Source: Chloroflexota bacterium (GTDB taxonomy: Bacteria > Chloroflexota > UBA6077 > SHYK01). From it: DNA of 62,568 nucleotides. The stretch lies in assembly GCA_016202435.1 (NCBI GenBank), contig JACQOR010000089.1, positions 1-62,568 of the forward strand, given 5' to 3'. A model generated the notes under the pieces. That model was given only the letters and a program-made list of their open reading frames with translations, ran no database searches and had not been told where the DNA came from. Of this stretch, positions 9,686-17,304 are shown piece by piece (within the stretch, counting starts at the first letter, position 1; each line of letters starts with the position of its first letter). The position numbers were made by a program, and so were the translations under genes.

Positions 9686-10312
9686 ATGTACCAACCAGAA
9701 CGCATCGACCGCTGGACGGCGGCGCCCGTACGGACGATTGACATCGAGGGACGCCTCGCTCGCAGCCTCCGACCGGAAACGCTCGCCCACGTGTACCGAA
9801 CCGCGGAGTTGGCCCGCACCTTGGCCGAAAAGCACGGTGTGAACCCTGACCTCGCTGAGCTTGCCGCCTTGCTCCACAAGGTTGCCGACGGCTACAGCGA
9901 CCGAGAGCTGCTCAGGCTCGCCGAGTACTATGAAGTACCCATCGACGCCACCGAAGCCCGCGTACCTCGCCTTCTCCATGGAAAGATCGGTGCGGAGATC
10001 CTCCGTCACGAGTGGCGAATTATGGACCCTGACCTGCTGCGCGCGGTGCGGAACTACGTTTCCGGAGCGCCAAACATGCAAATCCTGGACAAGGTCCTCT
10101 TTCTGGCAGACAAACTCGAACCCGAGCGGGATCGATTCTACGGCGACCTCGATCCGGTGCGCGCCCTCGCGCTGGTCGATCCTGATGCGGCCATCCGCCG
10201 GCTTTCCGCCTGGACGGGCACGCGGCTCCTTACCGCTAATCGGTGCGGGGACGCCCTCGCTCCGACGCGAAACCGCCTCATCGAATTCACCCGCGCCACC
10301 TCGCTTTCGTAG
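9686..10312 (+). CDS. YqeK-like HD-domain protein with degenerate metal motif
   Basis: YqeK layout (H..., LLHG..GA, DK..ADK.EP.R) but HD is HK (His64-Lys65) and HTTG is YVSG. Confidence 0.75.
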   Translation: MYQPERIDRWTAAPVRTIDIEGRLARSLRPETLAHVYRTAELARTLAEKHGVNPDLAELAALLHKVADGYSDRELLRLAEYYEVPIDATEARVPRLLHGKIGAEILRHEWRIMDPDLLRAVRNYVSGAPNMQILDKVLFLADKLEPERDRFYGDLDPVRALALVDPDAAIRRLSAWTGTRLLTANRCGDALAPTRNRLIEFTRATSLS

Positions 10313-10463
10313 GAACCGGCCATCGTTACGAAGCGAAGGATCTCACGACCGGTATCCCGTGATGGCCAATCCGCCGATGGAGACCGTCCGCCTGCGGACG
10401 CCGTCGACTGGCGCACGGTCCTCCTTTGGAGACCGCGTGCGGGCCAGCCCTTCCCGCCCAGGC

Positions 10464-11126
10464 TCAGCAGCTCGGATCCTGAGCGCCCGCCACCGCGGCC
10501 AGCAGTTCCCTCCCTGCCGCCGCGACGTCAGCGGCCCGAAAGAGCGCGCTAACGACCGCCACCCCCGCCGCCCCCTGCTCCATGACCATGGCGGCTCGAT
10601 CTGCCGTGATTCCTCCGATCCCCACGACTGGCAGCGGCGAGACCCGACACGCCTGCGCCAGGAGATCAAGTCCCGCGAACTCTGCGTCCACCTTTGTCCC
10701 CGTGGGAAAGACGGCCCCAAAACCGATGTAGTCTGCCCCCACTCTGGCCGCCTCTGGCACTTCTTCCAGAAATGACGCGGAAACACCGACGACCCGTTGG
10801 TCCCCAGCGATCTCGCGACCCAGATCAACCGGTAGGTCATCTTGCCCGAGGTGCACGCCATCGGCATCCACCGCCACGGCCAAATCCACCCGGTCGTTCA
10901 CAATGAGCAGCCCGCCCCCCTGGTGCACTAGCTCGACAAGCCACCGACCTATCTGCAGCCGCTCCCGGTCGGCGTGGACTTTGTCGCGGAACTGAAACAG
11001 GCGCACCCCAACACCAAGCGCGCTCTCCACGGCTGCCCGCAGCCGGTCAGGCTCCAGAGCGTCGTCCGTCACCGCGTAGAGATGGGTGTCGCTCAGAAGC
11101 ACGGCAAACACTTCCCGCGCTGACAT
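10464..11126 (-). CDS. thiE: Thiamine-phosphate synthase
   Basis: LYAVTD, QFRDK, LIVNDRVD, GVHLGQDD, GADYIGFGAVFPTGTK, GIGGI. Confidence 0.95.
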   Translation of the reverse strand: MSAREVFAVLLSDTHLYAVTDDALEPDRLRAAVESALGVGVRLFQFRDKVHADRERLQIGRWLVELVHQGGGLLIVNDRVDLAVAVDADGVHLGQDDLPVDLGREIAGDQRVVGVSASFLEEVPEAARVGADYIGFGAVFPTGTKVDAEFAGLDLLAQACRVSPLPVVGIGGITADRAAMVMEQGAAGVAVVSALFRAADVAAAGRELLAAVAGAQDPSC

Positions 11127-11193
11127 GTTGGCCCGCATGGCCCATTGTGCGGCCTTTTGGGGGCTCGCATACAATCCCGGCGAGGCAAGCTTG

Positions 11194-12360
11194 ATGCACT
11201 ACGACGCCGCTCCAACCATCTTGCGCGAGCCACTGGTTCGCGCGCTCCTCTTCATGATCCTGGCAATCGCTGCCCTATCACTCACGCAGATGGTCTGGAG
11301 CATCGTGGTCCAGTTCGGCGATCTCATCCTACTCTTTGTCTTCGCCTGGGTCATCTCGTTTCTTCTCGAGCCACTCGTGGCGGGATTGACCCGTTGGATT
11401 CCACGTGCTGCCGCGATTCTGATCGTCTATGCGACTCTTCTAGTTGCGATCGTCAGTGGCATCATCCTTCTCATTCCGGTGCTCGTCTTCCAAACAGAGA
11501 CCGCTGCAGAGCGACTGCCTCAACTCGAGCATTCGTTCCGGGGCCTGACCGACGGTATTTCGGCGGTCCTCGCGTCCCGTGGCATTGCACTCGGCGACTA
11601 CACCGGGCAGCTCGTGAGCCCACTTGCCGCGATTGGTCCGTGGTTCGTTGCCAACGCGCTGACCGTCGCCACCGCCACGGCGTCCATCTTGACTCAGGTA
11701 ACCCTGACCCTGATTCTATCGCTCTATTTCATGTTCGACGGTGCTCGCCTGGGCCAACAGCTCGTGTCAGCTTTCCCGCGCAAGTATCGCGACGAAGTCG
11801 CCTATTTCATCGTCAGCGTTAACCGAGCTTTCGGTGCCTTCCTCCGTGGCCAAATCATCCAAGCGCTCGTCTACGGGCTCGGCATCGCGCTGATCATGAT
11901 AGGTGCCGGGCTCCCGTTTGCCGCGCTCACGAGTGTGCTCGGCGGAATATCTATCTTCATCCCGTTTATCGGTCCGGTCCTGGGTACCGCTGTGCCGATT
12001 GTCATCGCGTTGATCGCGGATCCGGGAAAGACCTGGCTGGTGGCCCTCCTCGCCATCGGCCTCAACACCGTTATCATCAACGTGCTTGCCCCAAAACTGA
12101 TGAGCCAGCAGATCGGCCTCAGCCCGGTCTACGTGCTCGCTGCTGTGATTATCGGCGCCCGCGTGGGGGGGCCGTGGGGCGCACTTTTTGGCATTCCAGT
12201 TGCCGCCGTGATCGCGGCGATGATCACTTTTTACCAGCTCACCGTCGCGGAGCGGGACCAGCAGGTGCTACAGATGATGCGTGCGCAAGATGTGAGTCCT
12301 GCCCCTGCCAATCCGGCCTCCACGCCAGAAGAGCCAGCTCCCGCGGAAGTCCCGGGCTAG
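11194..12360 (+). CDS. AI-2E family (PerM/TqsA-like) transporter
   Basis: Multi-TM; 'FLLEPLV', 'FLRGQ', 'IPFIGP', 'GGPWGALFGIPVAA' pattern. Confidence 0.88.
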   Translation: MHYDAAPTILREPLVRALLFMILAIAALSLTQMVWSIVVQFGDLILLFVFAWVISFLLEPLVAGLTRWIPRAAAILIVYATLLVAIVSGIILLIPVLVFQTETAAERLPQLEHSFRGLTDGISAVLASRGIALGDYTGQLVSPLAAIGPWFVANALTVATATASILTQVTLTLILSLYFMFDGARLGQQLVSAFPRKYRDEVAYFIVSVNRAFGAFLRGQIIQALVYGLGIALIMIGAGLPFAALTSVLGGISIFIPFIGPVLGTAVPIVIALIADPGKTWLVALLAIGLNTVIINVLAPKLMSQQIGLSPVYVLAAVIIGARVGGPWGALFGIPVAAVIAAMITFYQLTVAERDQQVLQMMRAQDVSPAPANPASTPEEPAPAEVPG

Positions 12361-12432
12361 GACCGTACCGTTTCAGCCAGGAGCCAGCGTTCTTCCGCCA
12401 GCCGTTTCGAGAAGCGCGAGGTCGCGGGGATC

Positions 12433-13845
12433 TTGACCACAACAGGATTGGTGGAGCAGCAAATCGCGACCAAGATGCGAGCCGCAGGCATTGCGGACGC
12501 GGGCATCACGGCGTTTCTCGCTGCCGTCCGCAAGGTCGCTGAGGGAGAGCGTGGCTGGCTGTCAGAAACAGCTATTGATCCGGTTGCTTCGCTCCCCCGG
12601 CTTGATGACGTACCGGAAGATGCTTTCACCGGCGCGAGCCTGCTCGAGCAGTTGGCGATCGTAAAGCTCAATGGTGGCCTCGGCACGAGCATGGGCCTCG
12701 AGACCGCCAAGTCGCTCCTCCCCGTGAAGGGGAAAGATTCATTCTTGGACTTCATCGCCCGCCAGGTCTTGCATTTGCGTGCCAGAACGGCTGGGCCCGA
12801 ACCTGCCTTCTACCTCATGGACAGCTTCAACACACAGGCCGATACACTTGCATATCTGCAGAGGTACCCGGAACTCGGCGTTGGCGAACCCCTCGATTTC
12901 TTGCAGAACAGGGTCCCTAAGCTCGAGGCGGATACGCTGGCGCCGGTCTCCTGGCCTCCCGATCCGGACCTCGAGTGGTGTCCGCCTGGACACGGTGACC
13001 TCTATCCCGCCTTGCTTGGCTCGGGCCTGCTCGATCTTCTGCTGCAGCGAGGCCTCAGGTTCATGTTCATATCCAACGCCGATAACCTCGGTGCAACCGT
13101 CGACCTCAGTCTCCTGCGGTACTTCGCCGACCAGGAGCTTTCGTTCTTGATGGAGGTCGCCGAGCGCACCCCCATGGATCGAAAGGGTGGCCATTTGGCG
13201 CACCGCCGAACCACCGGCCGCCTCCTGCTCCGCGAATCCGCGCAGTGCCCCTCCGGCGATCAGGAGTCCTTCCAAGACATACAACGCCATCGCTTTTTCA
13301 ACACTAACAATCTCTGGATCCGCCTTGATCACTTGCGGCGCGAACTCGGCCGCCACGGCGGAGCACTGCCGTTACCATTGATCACCAATGCCAGGGCAGT
13401 TGATCCGCGCGATCCCAGCTCACCACAAGTCCTCCAGCTGGAATCGGCCGTCGGCGCAGCCATCGAGTGTTTTGATGCGAGTGGCGCCCTCCTGGTACCA
13501 CGCACCCGCTTCGCGCCGGTGAAGACAACCTCTGACTTGCTGGTGCTACGGTCGGACGCGTGCCGGGTAACACCGGACCACCGGCTCATTCTGGACGAGC
13601 GACGGCGGGGCGAGCCCCCCCTTGTAGAACTCGATCCCCGGCACTACCAGCTCTTACCTGACTTCGATGAGTTCTTCCCGGACGGCCCGCCTTCGCTCGT
13701 CCTCTGCCGATCGCTCCGGGTCACGGGGCCAGTGCAGTTCGCCGCTGGGGTCGTCTGCGAGGGAGATGTCGAGTTTGCGAACGCGTCAACCCGGGCGAAG
13801 CTGGTAGCTTCCGGGACTTACCGGAACACACGCGTCCCGATGTAG
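12433..13845 (+). CDS. UTP--glucose-1-phosphate uridylyltransferase, eukaryote-like UDPGP family
   Basis: KLNGGLGTSMG, PPGHGD, SNADNLGA, KGG, FNTNNLW, RFAPVKTT. Confidence 0.92.
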   Translation: MTTTGLVEQQIATKMRAAGIADAGITAFLAAVRKVAEGERGWLSETAIDPVASLPRLDDVPEDAFTGASLLEQLAIVKLNGGLGTSMGLETAKSLLPVKGKDSFLDFIARQVLHLRARTAGPEPAFYLMDSFNTQADTLAYLQRYPELGVGEPLDFLQNRVPKLEADTLAPVSWPPDPDLEWCPPGHGDLYPALLGSGLLDLLLQRGLRFMFISNADNLGATVDLSLLRYFADQELSFLMEVAERTPMDRKGGHLAHRRTTGRLLLRESAQCPSGDQESFQDIQRHRFFNTNNLWIRLDHLRRELGRHGGALPLPLITNARAVDPRDPSSPQVLQLESAVGAAIECFDASGALLVPRTRFAPVKTTSDLLVLRSDACRVTPDHRLILDERRRGEPPLVELDPRHYQLLPDFDEFFPDGPPSLVLCRSLRVTGPVQFAAGVVCEGDVEFANASTRAKLVASGTYRNTRVPM

Positions 13846-13972
13846 CCAACGTGAGGAGAGCTCCTGGTCGAGACACGCACCTTCTCCGAATACGGGCACG
13901 CGGCAGGATCACCGGCAGTATACGTAGGGGCGGCCGCCGTACACGGAATGCGAGCGGGCCCTACCGCGCCGA

Positions 13973-14512
13973 TCAAGCGGCCTCAGGGATCTCGTGGCGC
14001 CGCAGACCGTAGAACTGATCGTTCTCTACTATTCGGCGGACCGTCTCGGGCGGTAGCAGCAGCCACTGGCACCTGCCCGTTGGACACCACTCCCGCAACT
14101 GGTCCCGAATGTGCTCGAGCGGCATGGGTTGGTTCCCGTTTGCAAGCAGAATCCTGAAAACCACTTCCAACACAGGCATGTCGGGTACGATGAATTGGCT
14201 CTTGCGAGCGCAGCAATCCCGGATGATGGAGACTGGACGTGATCCGTACTGGACTCGCCGCAGCTCGTAGGTCACCCGGCGAGTCTTGCGATCCACTACC
14301 GGATAACGCTCTTCGACCTCCTCGCCCACGCGGAGCTGACATTGGGGACACATCCGTTCCTGGACGACATCATTGAACGAGAGGCCCTGCCGCTCGTGCC
14401 AATCCGCATCGATGTAGAAGCGGTCTTCCGCGGGCTGCTCGCCTTCAACCAATTCGTCCGAGTCGTCGCCCGCGTCCTCAGCGAAGCTCTCGGGGCCATC
14501 AAGATCCACCAC
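13973..14512 (-). CDS. Hypothetical Cys-motif protein with acidic N-terminus and possible C-terminal winged helix
   Basis: GGAGG RBS; CPQC, CC and CPTGRC cysteines; 'LEVVFRILLANGNQPMPLEHI'. Confidence 0.75.
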   Translation of the reverse strand: MVDLDGPESFAEDAGDDSDELVEGEQPAEDRFYIDADWHERQGLSFNDVVQERMCPQCQLRVGEEVEERYPVVDRKTRRVTYELRRVQYGSRPVSIIRDCCARKSQFIVPDMPVLEVVFRILLANGNQPMPLEHIRDQLREWCPTGRCQWLLLPPETVRRIVENDQFYGLRRHEIPEAA

Positions 14513-14549
14513 TTGCCTCCTCGGTCATCCTGGCTAACCATTACTGCTA

Positions 14550-15131
14550 CTACCGTCTATCCAGAAACTCAAGCGCCGAGCGGATCAGTTCCTCCATCGG
14601 CGCGCTCGGCGGGCCGGCTTCGAGCGCTTGCCTTACGTCTACCACTGAATAGCCGAGCCCCACCAACGCTGTCAGCGCTGTGCCATACTGAGCATCGCCA
14701 TTCTCGACCATTGGCTCCATCTCGGCGAGCTTCGCCTGCAGCTCACTCACAATCCGACTAGCGACCCGAGGGCCAATACCAGGCGCTCGTGCCAGGGTAC
14801 GCTGGTCACCCGCAATGATAGCCCGTCTGGCCTCATCGGCATCCAGGACCGACAAGAGCCCCAGAGCCGCTCGGGGCCCAACACCCGACACGCGGATGAG
14901 ATGCTCGAACAGTTCCAGCGCCACTTCTGATTCAAATCCATAGAGGCTGACTTGTGACGAGCGCTGGTCGCCGTGGATCACGAAATGCGTATGGAGTTCA
15001 GTGACCACCCCAGGCCGCAGTCGATCAGCCGTCTGGGCAGGAACCAGCACTCGCAAATCGACCGGTCCCACATCAACAACTACCTCGTTCGCCCCGCTTC
15101 GCCGCACCCGTCCTCGCACAGCCGCGATCAG
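14550..15131 (-). CDS. ruvA: Holliday junction branch migration protein RuvA (probable CTG start at 15131)
   Basis: LYGF, 'VSGVGPRAAL', 'PGIGPRVASRIVSEL', 'ALVGLGYS'. The N-terminus (M)IAAVRG matches the family only from the CTG. Confidence 0.92.
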   Translation of the reverse strand: MIAAVRGRVRRSGANEVVVDVGPVDLRVLVPAQTADRLRPGVVTELHTHFVIHGDQRSSQVSLYGFESEVALELFEHLIRVSGVGPRAALGLLSVLDADEARRAIIAGDQRTLARAPGIGPRVASRIVSELQAKLAEMEPMVENGDAQYGTALTALVGLGYSVVDVRQALEAGPPSAPMEELIRSALEFLDRR

Positions 15132-15673
15132 AATGCGACCGTCCCTTCCGCCTGGACAATCCGCTCCAAATCAAGTCGTCGCGCGTGGCAGAGCGCGATC
15201 GCAAGCGCGTCGGCCGCGTCATCCGGCGAAGGAACCTGGGCCAAATTCAACATGAGGCGCACCATCTCCTGTACCTGGCGCTTCTTTGCTGCACCGGACC
15301 CCGTCACTGATTCCTTCACCGCGGTGGGCGCATATTCGTAGAAGCCGCTTCCGGTTGCCACAACCGACAGGACCGCCACCCCCCGAGCCTCACCGATGCC
15401 ACGCGCCGTGAGGCGGCGGGTATAGTACAGCGACTCCATCGCCACGTCCGTCACCGCGTAACGTTCCCGAAGAACGGTCAGCTGATCGAAGATCGTCCGG
15501 AGGCGATCCGGAAGCGAGGCTGTTGGCCGGGTGAGCACACACCCGTGGTCAAGGTGCTCGGGACCGCGGTCGGAAACCGCCACCAGCCCGTAGCCGAGGG
15601 TTGCCAGCCCAGGGTCGATTCCGAGAATGATTCGGTTAGGGGGCTGCGCGGCTTCGCCAGACTCGGGTTTCAC
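15128..15673 (-). CDS. ruvC: Crossover junction endodeoxyribonuclease RuvC
   Basis: ILGIDPG, E, 'YAPTAVKESVTGSGAAKK', 'DDAADALAIALCH'. Confidence 0.95.
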   Translation of the reverse strand: MKPESGEAAQPPNRIILGIDPGLATLGYGLVAVSDRGPEHLDHGCVLTRPTASLPDRLRTIFDQLTVLRERYAVTDVAMESLYYTRRLTARGIGEARGVAVLSVVATGSGFYEYAPTAVKESVTGSGAAKKRQVQEMVRLMLNLAQVPSPDDAADALAIALCHARRLDLERIVQAEGTVAF

Positions 15674-16422
15674 ACTCCCGCGTATGCTGCCACGGCCTCG
15701 TCTGAGATCTCGATGTTCGTGTAGACCTTCTGGACATCGTCCATATCCTCAAGCCTTTCCATGAGACGGAGGATCGAGACGGTACGATCTGCGTCCAGCG
15801 CAACAGTCGCCCTCGGAACCATGGCCACCTCAGCCGCGGTGATTTCCAGCTGTGAATCCACCAGTGCTGTGCGCACGTCATCTAGCTCGGCTGGATCCGT
15901 GTAAACCTCGATCACCCCCCCCTCTGTGCGCACATCCGTGGCACCAGCGTCGATCGCTCGAAGGCCGATCTCATCCGGATCCACTCCCGGAGCCTCGATC
16001 GTGAGTACACCCCGCTGCTCAAAAAGCCAGGCCACCGCGCCGGATTCCGCGAGACTGCCGCCCGCGCGAGTGAAGGCGCTCCGAACTTCTGCCACGGCAC
16101 GTTTCCGGTTGTCCGTCAGCACCTCGATAAGGAGAGCAGCGCCTCCGGGTCCGTACCCCTCGTAGACGATCTCGTCGAGGTTTCCCTCAGCTGCGGATCC
16201 GGCCGCGCGCTTGATTGCCCGTTCAATTGTATCGATAGGCATGTTGGCCAGCCGAGCCCGGTCAATGGCCAGACGCAGACGCGGGTTCACCTCGGGATTC
16301 GGGCCTCCGGCTCGCACGGCTACTGCGATCTCACGGCCAAGCTTGGTGAACATTTGCCCGCGCTTGGCGTCGGCTACGCCCTTTTGGCGTTTGATCTGTG
16401 ACCATTTGGAGTGTCCGGACAT
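15670..16422 (-). CDS. yebC: YebC/PmpR family protein
   Basis: MSGHSKW, YEGYGPGG, TDNRKR, DDVQKVYTN. Confidence 0.96.
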   Translation of the reverse strand: MSGHSKWSQIKRQKGVADAKRGQMFTKLGREIAVAVRAGGPNPEVNPRLRLAIDRARLANMPIDTIERAIKRAAGSAAEGNLDEIVYEGYGPGGAALLIEVLTDNRKRAVAEVRSAFTRAGGSLAESGAVAWLFEQRGVLTIEAPGVDPDEIGLRAIDAGATDVRTEGGVIEVYTDPAELDDVRTALVDSQLEITAAEVAMVPRATVALDADRTVSILRLMERLEDMDDVQKVYTNIEISDEAVAAYAGV

Positions 16423-16458
16423 CGGCACCAGCTCCCGTCAGAGGCGCCGGAAATTCTA

Positions 16459-17157
16459 TCACGCGATCCGGTGCCCAGCGGGTCTGTGGGGGCGGAACGC
16501 GAAGCCAAGGACAACACCAGCGATGAACCCTCCCACATGTGCCCACACCGCGACGCCGCTTGACTGAGCGGTTACTGCCTCCAAGGACGCAAGGCCGGAT
16601 AGAAGCTGTGAGAGGAACCAGATTCCGATTACGAACAGCGCCGAGACGCGCGTTACTGTAAGGAATGGGCCAAGGAGCAGGAGCGTTCTGATCCGGGCGT
16701 TGGGAAACATCAGCAAGTAGCCGCCCAGGATACCCGCGATCGCGCCACTGGCGCCAACGCTGGGAATCGTCGAATCGGGGTTGAAATAGATGTGCGTAAG
16801 CGAAGCAATGAGCCCCGAGACCAGATAGAAAGCGAGGAAGCGAGCATGTCCGAAGACGTCTTCTACGTTGTCCCCGAATACCCACAGGTACAACATATTG
16901 CTCCCCAGGTGAAGGAACCCCCCATGCACGAACATCGACGTCACAAGCGTGACATAAACTGGACCAGGCGCCGGCGGGGGCAGATCCTGACCGCGAAGAA
17001 TCTCAAAAGGAATGGTGCCAACCGACTGCGTCCATGAGTCAACCGCGCGACCAAGGCTCAGTTCGTAGGCGAATACCGCGACATTCGCGGCGAGCAACAG
17101 AAGCATCATCCATGGGGTGCGGTGCTGCCTGACCGGGCTATCACCGATCGGAATCAT
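16459..17157 (-). CDS. Rhomboid intramembrane serine protease
   Basis: SMFVHGG..H..N, GASGAIAG (Ser) and WAHVGGF (His). Confidence 0.92.
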   Translation of the reverse strand: MIPIGDSPVRQHRTPWMMLLLLAANVAVFAYELSLGRAVDSWTQSVGTIPFEILRGQDLPPPAPGPVYVTLVTSMFVHGGFLHLGSNMLYLWVFGDNVEDVFGHARFLAFYLVSGLIASLTHIYFNPDSTIPSVGASGAIAGILGGYLLMFPNARIRTLLLLGPFLTVTRVSALFVIGIWFLSQLLSGLASLEAVTAQSSGVAVWAHVGGFIAGVVLGFAFRPHRPAGHRIA

Positions 17158-17304
17158 CCCTACCCCTCAAGCTCAAAAGCGTCCGGAACCAGACGGTATA
17201 ATCGGTCACCGTTCGGCGCGCCGTCAAAAGGCTTCTCGTCGTAGCCGTTCCTCATGACCCGCCGGGCCGCGCTTCGAGCTTGCAGTATCGCGGAGTGCGT
17301 ATCC

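Noticed and set aside
11127-11193. TPP riboswitch upstream of thiE
   Set aside because: Only a ~70-nt divergent gap with no TPP motifs.
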